Source: Candidatus Latescibacterota bacterium (GTDB lineage Bacteria; Krumholzibacteriota; Krumholzibacteriia; WVZY01; JAKEHA01). Taken from it: 64,000 bases of DNA. The position numbers and the translations under genes are program-made. A model generated the notes under the pieces. That model saw only the letters and a list, made by a program, of their open reading frames with translations. It had not been told where the DNA came from and made no database searches. The stretch covers positions 27,899-91,898 of the forward strand of contig CAVTNQ010000003.1 of NCBI GenBank assembly GCA_963736125.1, in the 5' to 3' direction. Shown piece after piece: positions 18,865 through 29,820 of the stretch; the first letter of the stretch is position 1; each line of letters starts with the position of its first letter.

Positions 18865-21800
18865 CTACTTCAAGAGCACCATCTTGCGGGTTTCGTCGAA
18901 GCCGGTCGCCCTCATTCTATAGAAGTAGACGCCCGACGAGACCGTCTCGCCACCGTCGCCGCGCCCGTTCCATCGCACCGTGTGGACGCCGGCCGGCCGG
19001 TTTCCACTCTCCAGGGTACGAACCAGCCGCCCGGCTGCGTCGAACACGGTGATCGAGACATGCGACGAGGCCGCCAGCTCGAAGCGAATCTCGGTCTCCG
19101 GGTTGAATGGGTTGGGGGTGTTCTGGAACAAGCGCGTGCGATACACGACGGGTTGGGTTCCCGTCGACGGCGACGCGGTCGCCTCGCTGGAGTAACCACC
19201 CGCGTAGCCGTCGTCGTCGATCGCGTTGACCCGGTAGTAGGTCTGCGTTCCCACCGGGCCGATGACGTACGACGACATCGGGGACGCGACGAACGCGACG
19301 AAGTTGGCGGCACTCGGGACGAAGCCGCTCGTCAAGTCGGCGTAGATCGCGTATTGCGCGACGTCCGCTTCGGGACTCCCGTCCCAGTCGAGCACGCGAT
19401 TGGGTCCCGACCACAGCAAGGTCGCGTTCTGGAGATAAGCGGGCTGATCCATCGCGAATGCGTGCGCGCCGTAGCGACCCATGTCGCCGCGCGACCCGTC
19501 GGGGTCGTTGTACGAAGCCCCCGTGCGGCCGCGGTCGATGCACGGCGAGTGAACGCCCAAGTGATAATCGGTGAGAGTCGTGTCGACGAACAGCGGATTG
19601 GACGAGATCGAAGCGGCACCGGGCACGCACCCGGTGTAGAGCCCGCCGGTCGCGTTCCACACGTTGTTGAAGTCGAGCAACGTCGGTGCCGCGCCCGCGC
19701 ACGCGATGCCGGCGCCCGTCGAGTTGGTGACGATGTTGTTGAAGACGGGAATCGCGGCCGCCGACAGGTTGATGCCGCCCGCGCCCGCGCCGGTCGCATT
19801 GCGATCGAGTGTGTTGCCCGCGACCACCCCGCTGGTGGCGCTCGAGACACCCAATCCGCCGCACACGTTGGCCGCCGAATTACCGACGAAGAGGTTGTGC
19901 GTCACCGAGAGCGTGCCGTCGCCGTAGAGTCCGCCGCCGAAGGTCGCCGTGTTCCACTCGATGCGGCACTCGCTCACCTCGCTCGACACCGACCCCGACA
20001 GCCAGACGCCCCCCGCCAGTAGCGACGTGTTGCGCCGCACCGTGACCCCGTGAATGGCGCCGCTGGTGGCCTTCATCGCGATGCCGCCGCCGCCCATGCT
20101 CGACGCGTTGTACGCAACCGTGCCGCCGTCGATGGTGACGTTGGTCGAGTTCTCGATCAGGATCCCGCCGCCGGTCTGCCCGCCGCCATTGTGGTGGATG
20201 ATGTTGTTCGCGAATGCGAAGTTGTTCGCGCCCAAAAGGTACACGCCCGAGCCTTCGGGCTGAAGGACCCCCGTCGTCAATACGTGGTTGTTCGCGATGG
20301 TGGAACCGGAAATCGTCCCGCTGCACTGATCGAGGTACGCCGCGCCGCCCTTGGTGGCGACGTTGTCGTGGATGTTGCAATTGACGATGCTCACGTTCGA
20401 TTGGTACGCGTACACGCCGCCGCCGAAACCGATCTGCTCCTGCGGTCCCGTCGTGCTGTTGCGGATCTCGCAATTGCGAATCGTCACCGTGCTCTGGTAC
20501 ACGCGCACCGCGCCGGCGTAGTTCGCGGCGGCGGGAAAGAAGTCCGCCTTGCCGTCGCCGTTCTCGATCAGGAATCCGTCGATGCCCGCGCCGTCGGAAG
20601 TCGGATAGAAGTCGATGATGCCGGCAAGGTCGATCGACGTCTTGCCGGTCGCGAGGTTGCGCGCGGTGAACGATGAATTCCACGCGCCCTGCAGCGTCAC
20701 ACCGTGGTCGACGCCGAGCGCAAAGGCGGGAAGTGACATCGTCGGAACCAGCACGGTGTCCCCGTCGGAGGCGGCGGCCATCACGTCGGCGAGTGCCGTA
20801 CCGGCATTCGTGGGGGTCAGGAACGGAAACACGTTGCCGCCGCTGGGCGAGAAGTAGTGGCGTCGCGTAGGTAGAATCTCGAACGCGTCGGTCAAGGTCG
20901 CCGCCTGACCGTCGCGGTTTCGAACGACCACGTCGACGGGCCCGAGTGTCGCTTGATTGAACACCGTGGCCCACACCTGCAGTGTGGTCGAATTGACGAG
21001 AAACGTCGTGTGCACGAACACGTCGGGCCCGAGGTCGGCTTGGACGCCCGCGACGAAGTGCGAGCCGGTCAGCGTCAGCGTGACTTCCGTCCCCACGAGT
21101 CCCGTGCCCGGTGTGGCGAAGGTGAGGGTGGGAGACGGCAGTGGTGCCGGCGGCGGCGGGGCGCACGGAGTGGCGGCGTCCCAGCCGATCATGGTCTTGG
21201 TGTACTGGCACAGGCTGTTTTCGTTCGAACGCATCATGCACGGGTGCGACAGCGGGTTGCAGTCCTCGCAGTTGGCGTTGGGACCGCCGTACGCGCTGCA
21301 CGAGCTCGTGCACGACGAGCACCCGCCCGTGTATTCGTCGCACGCGCCGAAGATGTGCCCGCTCTCGTGCGAAACGACGACGTCGGAAGTCCACCCGGGC
21401 GTTCGATAGAGGCTCCAGAAATAGGGCCCGTAGATCCAGGCGAACGCGTAGCCGCCGTTGGCGAACGACGACGGCGCACCGATGGGGTTGTAGGCGATGA
21501 AGGCGGAGTACGCACTGTTCGACCTGGTACGTCGCCTCTTGCCAGTTGTTGAATGCGTCGACCTTGCTGAAGTGGTTGCCGCTGGTGTAGCCCATCTTCG
21601 TCATCACGTTGGACGCCCACGTCGAAACGAAGTCGTTGTTGTGCAGCGACGGCTCCACCCACTGCTGGCAGCGCGGGTCGAGAGCGGACACGTGATTGAC
21701 GAGAAAGGTGACCGAGCAGTCGCGGTGGCCGGTCGCACGCCCGCTCCACCACAAGAGCCCGACGATGGTCGCGTCCATGTAGTGCTGCATGTCTTCGGGC

Positions 21801-22447
21801 TTCCACGTCCACGCATCCGGGTCGGCGCCGGTGCCGTCGCTCTCGACCAGGAAGAACGTCACGGCGACCGTACCCGTCATCTTGTCGGCGTAGGTCAAGA
21901 CCGACGACCCGTCGCGCGCATTGCGCGACAAGATGCCGCGCGCTTCCAACGTCGGTTCGTCCAGGCCCGCGCCGCGCAGATTCTCGAGAATGTCGGAGGG
22001 GTTGGGTTCGTCGCGCGCGAAGGCGTCGGGCGCGCGCGTGGCGTCCGCATCCGGCGCGAGGGATTGCATCTCGTCGAACTTGCGGCGGTCGTACCGCCCG
22101 CTCACGACCGTGTTGAAGGTCTCGATCGCGGAGACCGACGGGTCGTCGGTCATGTCGTAGAGGTTGGCTGCGGTTTCGCTCCAGCGGATGTCGCGAATAC
22201 CGCCCTGGCCCACGAGCTTGGCGGCGGTCGCCGGGTCGACCCAACCGATCATGATCGACGGCGGCACCATGACGCCGACACGCCCGCCGTTCTCCTGCAC
22301 CAGCGCGCGCGCGCGATGCAACGACGCGATGTCGGGCGCGTCGACGACGACGAGGGTCAGGCCGTCGAGGTCGGAGGCGGCGAATACGGAGTGGGCGAAC
22401 GCGAGAGCGAGGCAGACGACGATCAGGCACGTCGAGCGCTTGAGCAT
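18865..22447 (-). CDS. Secreted multidomain Zn-metalloprotease (HExxHxxGxxD) with IPT/Ig, right-handed beta-helix, FN3-like and FlgD/T9SS-type CTD; +1 frameshift at ~21523
   Basis: N-part is track ORF 19880..22447 up to WQEATYQ. The next frame is open from ~21520: SAYSAFIAYNP...HESGHIFGACDEY...CMM joins track ORF 18865..21237 (GG-rich beta-helix repeats; FQNTPNPFNPETEIRF...SGVYFYRM...KMVLLK). Confidence 0.75.
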
Positions 22448-22484
22448 GAAGTTGGGCCTCCGAGACTGCTGTGAGGCCTCAATT

Positions 22485-23792
22485 CTAGCACGTCGCGCGC
22501 TGCAATCGCCAGCGCGCGTAGGTTTCCTTGGACGGGTTGAAGTAGCCGTAGTGCAGGTGGGGAAAACGCTCCTTTAGCCGCCGCATGAACACGCCGAGGC
22601 CGAAGCCCTCGCGCACCGTTCCCGCGGGCAGGCGTTCGCGGTACAGCGCGGGGTCGATGTTCAAGTTGCGCATCTGGATCAGGTCCAGGTCGGCATCCTC
22701 TATAAAGGAGGAGATGGCCTCCAGCTCGTCCTCGGTATCGGTCACACCGGGGAACACCAGGTAATTGATGGAGCGAAAGCGATCGTGGCGCCGCATGACG
22801 CGCAAGGTCTCGCGCACGTCGTCGAAGACATACTTCTTGGGGCGATAGTACGCGGTGTAGACGTCATCGCGCGCACTGTTCATCGAAACGCGAATGGCAT
22901 CCAAGCCGGCGCCGCACATCGCGTCGACCACACTGGGAAGGCTGCCGTTGGTGTTGACGTTGACCGTTCCGTGCGACGTGCGGGCGCGAATCTGCCGCAC
23001 CGCTTCGGGCAGTAGCTCGCGACCCAAGAGCGGCTCTCCTTCGCACCCCTGTCCGAAACTCACCACCCCTTCGGGTACGCGCTCGATGTGAGCGACGGCC
23101 AAGTCGGCGATCTCTTCCGGCCGCGGAGCGCGTCGAATGCGGTCGTGGCTCGCGCGAAACTCGCCGTCGGGTTGGAGCGAGATGCACCCGATGCACTTCG
23201 AGTTGCACGCGACACTGGTCGGAATGGGCGCTTCGTGGCGACCGATGAAGAAATTCTGTGCGGCGCGGCATCCGTATGTGAGCGCACATGTCTGGAGTTG
23301 CTGCACGACGAGATTGTCGGGAGATTGCGCCAGGCCTTTGGCGACTTGCTTCGCAAGTCGGTTCCGGTCGAAGCGCCACGGGTCCTGGCGCACGTCTTCG
23401 TCGACGCGCACACCGGTGGCCCAAAACTGCCCGTCCGCGAAGCCGACCGCCGAGTAGGCGAACAAGGGAAGCGCGGGGGCGTCGTCGAGTGCGCGGTACG
23501 CGGGATGGAGGAACATGGTCCACGCGGGGGCCAAGAACGCCGCGACGGCCGACGCGCCGTCTTCGTCCCACTCGACGGCAGTCCTGCTCGCCGGGTCGAG
23601 GCCGATCGCACGCCGCTGGGGGAGCAAAAACAGCTCGCTCCCGCGCGGCAGCGGAACCAACTCGTCGTCGCGCACCGCTCGAGGAGCTCCGCCGCCCACC
23701 CCCGCCAAGAGCAACTCGGAGTGGTCGAGGATGGATCCGTCGGGGCGCGCATAGACCATGCGCACGGGTTCTTTCGGTCGCGCGAGTGCCAT
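22485..23792 (-). CDS. Radical SAM protein, unknown function
   Basis: CNSKCIGC (CxxxCxxC), SFGQGCEGEP, NTNGS, TIM-barrel motifs. Confidence 0.88.
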   Translation of the reverse strand: MALARPKEPVRMVYARPDGSILDHSELLLAGVGGGAPRAVRDDELVPLPRGSELFLLPQRRAIGLDPASRTAVEWDEDGASAVAAFLAPAWTMFLHPAYRALDDAPALPLFAYSAVGFADGQFWATGVRVDEDVRQDPWRFDRNRLAKQVAKGLAQSPDNLVVQQLQTCALTYGCRAAQNFFIGRHEAPIPTSVACNSKCIGCISLQPDGEFRASHDRIRRAPRPEEIADLAVAHIERVPEGVVSFGQGCEGEPLLGRELLPEAVRQIRARTSHGTVNVNTNGSLPSVVDAMCGAGLDAIRVSMNSARDDVYTAYYRPKKYVFDDVRETLRVMRRHDRFRSINYLVFPGVTDTEDELEAISSFIEDADLDLIQMRNLNIDPALYRERLPAGTVREGFGLGVFMRRLKERFPHLHYGYFNPSKETYARWRLQRATC

Positions 23793-23840
23793 AGCCCGAC
23801 TCTATCACACCGCCGCACGCCCGTGGTATGCTGCGCGACC

Positions 23841-24362
23841 ATGGAAGACGCGCGCTATCCCATCGGTCCCTTCGATTTCAAGCAGCAGGTCACGATGGAC
23901 AAGATTCGTTTGGCGATCGACGAGATCGCCGCGTGCCCGGCCGCACTGCGCAACGCGTTGCGCGGTTTGGACGACGCCAAGCTCGACACGCCCTACCGCG
24001 ACGGCGGATGGACGGTGCGACAAGTCGTGAACCACGTTCCCGAGAGCCACATGAACGCGTACATCCGCATCAAATTGGGACTCACGGAAGACCGTCCCAC
24101 CATCAAGCCGTACGAACAGCAGTTGTGGGCCGAACTGCCCGACGCGCGCGGACCCATCGGCGCGTCGCTGACACTGCTCGACGCACTGCACGAACGCTGG
24201 GTGCGTCTCTTGAAGTTGCTCGACGAGTCGCAATTTCGTCGCGTCATCGTCCACCCCGAAAACGGCGAGATGTCGCTCGGCCTCGTCGCCCTCCATTACG
24301 CGTGGCACGGTAAGCACCACGTCGGCCACATCACCTCGTTGCGTCGGCGCATGGGCTGGTAG
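23841..24362 (+). CDS. bstA: YfiT/BstA-family (DinB superfamily) thiol S-transferase
   Basis: RYPIG, LDTPYRDGGWTVRQVVNHVPESHMNAY, PTIKPYE, YAWHGKHHVGHI. Confidence 0.88.
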   Translation: MEDARYPIGPFDFKQQVTMDKIRLAIDEIAACPAALRNALRGLDDAKLDTPYRDGGWTVRQVVNHVPESHMNAYIRIKLGLTEDRPTIKPYEQQLWAELPDARGPIGASLTLLDALHERWVRLLKLLDESQFRRVIVHPENGEMSLGLVALHYAWHGKHHVGHITSLRRRMGW

Positions 24363-24371
24363 CTGGACCCG

Positions 24372-27083
24372 TTGGAACTTCGCTCCGGCACGCTGCTCCT
24401 CCATTATCGACTCGTCGAGAAACTCGGCGAGGGCGGCATGGGTGTGGTATGGCGCGCGACCGATACCACACTCGACCGCGACGTCGCGATCAAAGTACTC
24501 CCCGACGTATTCGCCAGCGACCCCGATCGTGCGGCCCGCTTCGAGCGCGAAGCGAAAGTTCTCGCGTCGCTGAACCACGACAACATCACCACCATTCATT
24601 CGGTGCACAAAATCGACAGCGTGCGCTTTCTCGTGATGGAGCTCGCGAAGGGCGAAGACCTGGCGACGCACCTCGCCAGAGGACCGCTGACGCTCGACGA
24701 AACCATCCACATCGCGCGCCAGGTCGCCGAAGCACTCGAGTCGGCGCACGAGAGCGGTGTGGTGCATCGCGATTTGAAGCCGGCCAACATCACGGTCACA
24801 CCGGACGGAAAGGTCGAGCTGCTGGACTTCGGGCTGGCGAAGGCGCTGGATGTTTCGGTCTCCGGTTCGAGCTCGGACCTCTCGAAGTCGCCGACGCAAG
24901 TGAGCGGGCATACGATGGCGGGGATGATTCTCGGCACCGCGGCCTACATGTCGCCCGAGCAAGCGCGCGGCAAGGCCGTCGACCGCCGCGCCGATATTTG
25001 GGCCTTCGGGTGCGTCGTCTACGAAATGCTCACCGGCAAGAAGGCCTTCGACGGCGAAACCGTCACCGACGTGCTCGCGGCCGTCGTCACGCGCGGGCCC
25101 GATTGGTCCGCGTTGCCTGCGAATACGCCGCGACGTCTGCGTTCGCTCATGGAGCGCTGCCTCGAAAAAGACCCGAAGAAGCGACTGCGCGACGCCGGCG
25201 AGGCGCGCATCGTGCTGGACGACATCGTCGCGAATCCGAACGAGCCCGCGGTGGCGGTCGCACCGGCCGCGGCACCGCCGCGCAAGCAGCGCCCGCTGTG
25301 GCGACGTCTCTTGTGGTGGGCCGCGGTGGCGACCACCCTCTTCGTCGTCGCACGCGCGACGGTCCGCGTCGACAAGATGATCCCGCCGTCCTTCGTGAGT
25401 GTGACGCTGCCGCGCGCCGACGTCGCCGATGCCGGCATGGAGAACCTCTTGATGGACATCTCGCGCGACGGACGGACACTCGTTTATTGCGCCCGACGCG
25501 AGGGTATCGTGCGGCTCTATGTGCGCTCCTTCGACGAACGCGAAGCGGTCGAGCTAGCCGGAACCGAGAATGCATCGAACCCCTTCTTCTCGCCCGACGG
25601 GCAGTGGATCGCCTTTGCCGCCGACGCCAAGCTCAAGAAGGTCTCGGTGCGCGGGGGACCGGTGTTCGATTTGTATCAACTCCACGAAGGGCATCGCGCC
25701 GGCGTGTGGCTCGACGACGGCACGATCATCTGCGTCCCCAGCTTCGCGTCGCCGCTCGTGCGCATTCCCGCGGGAGGCGGTAGCGGAACGGCCGTCACCG
25801 TGGTGGACACCGCCAAAGGTGAACGCACGCACCGCTGGCCGGGTGTGTTTCCGGGCGGTGAATGGGTGTACTTCACGGTGGGCAACAAGCGCAACCCGGG
25901 CGACTACGAGGACTCCGAGATCGCCACGGTTTCGCTCAAGACCGGCGAGCGGCGCACGTTGTACCAGGGCGCGAGCATGGCGCGCTACGCGAAGCCCGGC
26001 CACATGCTGTTCTCGAAGGGTGGTGTGCTCATGTCCGCGCCCGTCGACCCCGAGAATCCGAGGCTCCTCGGCCAGCCGGTGCCCGTACTCGACAAGATCG
26101 CGGGCGAGCAGACCAGCGGTGCCGTGCACATCGCGACCTCGGACAACGGCACGCTCGCGTTCGTCACCGCGCGCGAAGGCGAATATGACATGCGGCTCGC
26201 GTGGGTCGACCGCACCGGGCGAGTCGACGTGTTGGCCGCACCCCCCCGGCGCTACGTGGCACCGCGTGTGTCCCGCGACGGCAAGCAGATTTTGGTCACG
26301 GTGGGCCCTGCGTTCGGGCGGGGCGATCTGTGGCGCTACGACGTCGATCGCGAGACGCTGACGCGCATCACCTTCGACGATCGTTCGGTCATCCCGATGT
26401 GGATGCCGGATCAGCGACACTTCATCTTCAGCCGCGAAGACGGCCCGTTCAAGGTCATGCTGGCGTCGACGCAGGGCGAGCCCAACGAGCACTCGATCTT
26501 TTCGCGTCAATTGCCGGCCTATATTTCCGACGTGAGTCCCGACGGGGAGTGGGTGGTGATCAGCGATTGGGGTTCGCCCGAGTCGGATATCTCCATCCTG
26601 TCGACGCGGGGAGGAGACTTGATCCCCGTGGTGACGGATCCGTTCGGGCAGTTCGGCGGAATGATTTCGCCCGACGGCAAGTGGATCGCGTACACGTCCA
26701 GCGAGACCGGCGTCTACGAGGTTCACGTACGGCCGTTCCGTCGACCCGGGAACCGCTTTCAGGTGTCATCGGGCGGGGGCATCCACGCCATGTGGGGTCC
26801 GACGTCGAAGGAGATTTGCTACCTGTCGGGTGTGTCGATGATGTCGGTCTCGATCGACATGCAGGGTGACGTCGTCAACGTAGGCCGACCCAAGAAACTG
26901 TTCGATCTCCAACCCAACGCGCGCCTGCAAGTCGACTATCGCGACTTCGACATGACGAGCGATGGTAGGCGCTTCGTCGCCACCTACATCGCCAATCCGG
27001 AATTGGCTCGCCGTCGCATCGACGTCCTCATCAACGCCAACGAACTCCTCAAGCGCGCCGAGAAGAAGGGCGTGGCGGAGTAG
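24372..27083 (+). CDS. Ser/Thr protein kinase with TM helix and TolB-like (PD40) beta-propeller
   Basis: LGEGGMGVV, VAIK, HRDLKPAN, DFGLAK, GTAAYMSPEQ; TM at WWAAVATTLFVVA; SPDG repeats. Confidence 0.92.
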   Translation: MELRSGTLLLHYRLVEKLGEGGMGVVWRATDTTLDRDVAIKVLPDVFASDPDRAARFEREAKVLASLNHDNITTIHSVHKIDSVRFLVMELAKGEDLATHLARGPLTLDETIHIARQVAEALESAHESGVVHRDLKPANITVTPDGKVELLDFGLAKALDVSVSGSSSDLSKSPTQVSGHTMAGMILGTAAYMSPEQARGKAVDRRADIWAFGCVVYEMLTGKKAFDGETVTDVLAAVVTRGPDWSALPANTPRRLRSLMERCLEKDPKKRLRDAGEARIVLDDIVANPNEPAVAVAPAAAPPRKQRPLWRRLLWWAAVATTLFVVARATVRVDKMIPPSFVSVTLPRADVADAGMENLLMDISRDGRTLVYCARREGIVRLYVRSFDEREAVELAGTENASNPFFSPDGQWIAFAADAKLKKVSVRGGPVFDLYQLHEGHRAGVWLDDGTIICVPSFASPLVRIPAGGGSGTAVTVVDTAKGERTHRWPGVFPGGEWVYFTVGNKRNPGDYEDSEIATVSLKTGERRTLYQGASMARYAKPGHMLFSKGGVLMSAPVDPENPRLLGQPVPVLDKIAGEQTSGAVHIATSDNGTLAFVTAREGEYDMRLAWVDRTGRVDVLAAPPRRYVAPRVSRDGKQILVTVGPAFGRGDLWRYDVDRETLTRITFDDRSVIPMWMPDQRHFIFSREDGPFKVMLASTQGEPNEHSIFSRQLPAYISDVSPDGEWVVISDWGSPESDISILSTRGGDLIPVVTDPFGQFGGMISPDGKWIAYTSSETGVYEVHVRPFRRPGNRFQVSSGGGIHAMWGPTSKEICYLSGVSMMSVSIDMQGDVVNVGRPKKLFDLQPNARLQVDYRDFDMTSDGRRFVATYIANPELARRRIDVLINANELLKRAEKKGVAE

Positions 27084-27137
27084 GTCGAACGCGCACGCGT
27101 GGTCCGTCCAGGCGTTTCTACCGAAAGGGAAACCAGA

Positions 27138-29783
27138 ATGACGAGTTGGATCGGGAAATCGATCGCGCATTATCGCGTCACCACACAAATCGGCGCGGGC
27201 GGAATGGGGGAAGTGTATCGCGCGAAGGATTCGCGCCTGGGTCGCGACGTCGCCATCAAGGTGTTGCCGGAGGCGTTCGCCGCCGATCCGGAACGGATGG
27301 CGCGCTTCGAACGCGAGGCGAAGGTGCTCGCGTCCTTGAGCCACGCTCACATTGCCGGCATTTTTGGATTGGAAGAAACGAACGGCACGCGTGCCCTGGT
27401 GATGGAACTCGTGGACGGCCCGACCTTGGCCGAACGCATCGCGAAGGGTGCCGTTCCCCTCGACGAGGCGCTTCCGATCGCCAAGCAAATCGCGGAAGCA
27501 CTCGAGTACGCGCACGAACGTTCCATCATTCACCGCGATCTCAAGCCTGCAAACGTGAAACTCAGCGACGCCGGCGTCAAGGTGCTCGACTTTGGCTTGG
27601 CGAAAGCGCTCTCCGACGAGGTGAGCGCGTCGGGCTCCGACCTCACCAAATCTCCCACGCTGACCGCGGCGTCGACCAAGCTGGGTGTCATTCTCGGCAC
27701 GGCGGCCTACATGTCGCCCGAGCAGGCCAAAGGAAAAGCAGTCGACCGTCGCGCCGACATCTGGGCCTTCGGTGCGGTGCTCTTCGAGATGCTGACGGGC
27801 CGGCAAACTTTCGCGGGCGAGACGGTGTCGGAAACGCTGGCGTCCGTCATGAAGGACGAGCCCGATTGGAAATCATTGCCCGCGTCGACGCCTTCGCGCG
27901 TGCGCGATCTGTTGCAGAGGTGTTTGGTCAAAGATCCCAAACAGCGCTTGCGCGACATCGGGGACGCGCGCATTCGCCTCGAAGAGGAATTGTCGGGTGC
28001 GCCCGACGCAACCGCGGCGACGACGGCGGCAACACCCGCGAAACGACGCGGCATCCCGGTGGTCCCGGCCGCGATCGTGGCACTCGTGGCCGCGGCGATC
28101 GGTGTGGGCGCAGGACGGGTGCTGCGAAAGCCCGCGGCGCCCCCGATGTTCCAGGCCACGCTGACGTTTCCCGATGAAATGCGCCTCGACGAAGAGAACG
28201 CGTCGGTTGTCATCTCGCCCGATGGACGAACGGTGGCGGTGGCGGCGTCGGCAAAGGATCATCCGCAACAACTCTGGCTCCGCCGTTTCGACAGCGACGT
28301 GTCGACGCCCATCGTAGGCACCAACGGCGCCACCTATCCGTTCTGGTCGCCGGACGGCCGCTTCGTCGGTTTCTTCGCCGATCGTAAGCTCAAGCGCGTG
28401 CCGACGAACGGGGGCACGGTGCAAACCATTTGTGACGCTGTCGACGCGCGTGGTGCGAGCTGGAGCGAGAAAGGCACGATCCTCTTTTCTCCGGGCCCTC
28501 TCACGGGTCTCGAGATCGTCCCGGCGTCGGGCGGGACTCCGCAATCTCTGACCACACTCGAAAAGAACGGCGAAACGCACCGCCTGCCCCGCTTTCTCCC
28601 CGGCGGGAAGCGCGCACTCTTCGTGGTGGGATCCGCCGACCTCGCTCCGGGGCATATCGAGTGTCTCGACATCGAGTCCAAGAAGCGCACGCCGGTGACG
28701 GAATGCCAGTCGGAAGCTCGCTATCTCGGAACCGGTCACCTTGCGTTCATGAAGGACAAGAATCTCGTGGTTCAGCGCTTCGACGCGTCGTCCTTGAAAC
28801 TGTTGGGCGAGCCGGTGCCAATCGCGGAGTCGGTCCAATTCAATGTCTATCGTTACACCGGCGGCTGGGACATCTCCGAGCACGGCGCGTTCGTCTACAC
28901 CACGGGTGTGGGAGTCGAGAATGGTCAGCTGACCTGGTTCGATCTCGAGGGCCAGGAGTTGGGAACTTTGGGGACTCCCAACCCCGTCATCGGGCTGGAT
29001 ATCTCGTCAGACGCGCAGCGGGTGGTGACGTCTGAGCGTGCGGAGCAGTTCGACCTCTGGATTTGGGACGTCGCGAGGGGCGTGCGCACGCGCTTCACCT
29101 TCGGGCCCGAGGCCGCCACCAATCCAATTTGGTCACGGGACGGTCGCACGATCTATTTCGGCACTGGATCGGGAACCGTCTTCGCCAAGTCCGCCGACGG
29201 CGCGGCCGCAGCCACGAAGATTTACGAACTCGCCGACACGTGGGTCGTTCCCGAGAGTATCTCACCGGACGGAAAGGAATTGCTTCTGTCGACGCAGTTG
29301 CGCGAGACGGGGACCGACATTCTGGTGATGACGTTGGGAGACTCGGCCGAGCCGCGTAAACTTTTCGCGTCACCCGCCAACGAGGACAACGCGCGGGTGT
29401 CGCCGGACGGGCGTTGGGTGCTCGTCACGAGCGACGAGTCCGGCCGGGAGGAAGTGTACGTGTATCCGTACCCGTCGTTACAGGGCCGTTGGCAAGTGTC
29501 GTCGGACGGAGGGAGCCACGGAGAATGGCTTCCCGGCGGGCGTGCGATTCTGTATCGCGCACCCGACCAGCGGCTCCTCAAAGTCGACGTGCAAGCGATC
29601 GGAGAGAGTTTTCAGATCGGGGAGGCGAAGACGATTTTCGGGAAGCGCGCGGTCCCGAATGTCGGCGAGCCTGCACACGATGGAAAACGCCTGCTCGTTG
29701 CCGTTCCGCAAGGAGGCAGCTCGCTCACGCTGCACTTGGTAACGGACTGGCGTTCGCTGTTGGCCGGACGCGGAAGCGAATGA
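27138..29783 (+). CDS. Ser/Thr protein kinase with TM helix and TolB-like beta-propeller (paralogue)
   Basis: IGAGGMGEVY, VAIK, HRDLKPAN, DFGLAK, MSPEQ; TM; FWSPDG/SPDG repeats. Confidence 0.92.
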   Translation: MTSWIGKSIAHYRVTTQIGAGGMGEVYRAKDSRLGRDVAIKVLPEAFAADPERMARFEREAKVLASLSHAHIAGIFGLEETNGTRALVMELVDGPTLAERIAKGAVPLDEALPIAKQIAEALEYAHERSIIHRDLKPANVKLSDAGVKVLDFGLAKALSDEVSASGSDLTKSPTLTAASTKLGVILGTAAYMSPEQAKGKAVDRRADIWAFGAVLFEMLTGRQTFAGETVSETLASVMKDEPDWKSLPASTPSRVRDLLQRCLVKDPKQRLRDIGDARIRLEEELSGAPDATAATTAATPAKRRGIPVVPAAIVALVAAAIGVGAGRVLRKPAAPPMFQATLTFPDEMRLDEENASVVISPDGRTVAVAASAKDHPQQLWLRRFDSDVSTPIVGTNGATYPFWSPDGRFVGFFADRKLKRVPTNGGTVQTICDAVDARGASWSEKGTILFSPGPLTGLEIVPASGGTPQSLTTLEKNGETHRLPRFLPGGKRALFVVGSADLAPGHIECLDIESKKRTPVTECQSEARYLGTGHLAFMKDKNLVVQRFDASSLKLLGEPVPIAESVQFNVYRYTGGWDISEHGAFVYTTGVGVENGQLTWFDLEGQELGTLGTPNPVIGLDISSDAQRVVTSERAEQFDLWIWDVARGVRTRFTFGPEAATNPIWSRDGRTIYFGTGSGTVFAKSADGAAAATKIYELADTWVVPESISPDGKELLLSTQLRETGTDILVMTLGDSAEPRKLFASPANEDNARVSPDGRWVLVTSDESGREEVYVYPYPSLQGRWQVSSDGGSHGEWLPGGRAILYRAPDQRLLKVDVQAIGESFQIGEAKTIFGKRAVPNVGEPAHDGKRLLVAVPQGGSSLTLHLVTDWRSLLAGRGSE

Positions 29784-29820
29784 AAGGCCGCTCGAAGTCT
29801 TTGATCGACGCGAGTAGTGG

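Noticed and set aside
1085-21524. Programmed ribosomal frameshifting or phase variation at ~1086, ~8837 and ~21523
   Set aside because: All three are single extra bases in 2-3-nt homopolymers with no slippery heptamer or long tract. Long-read indel error is the simpler explanation, pending read data.
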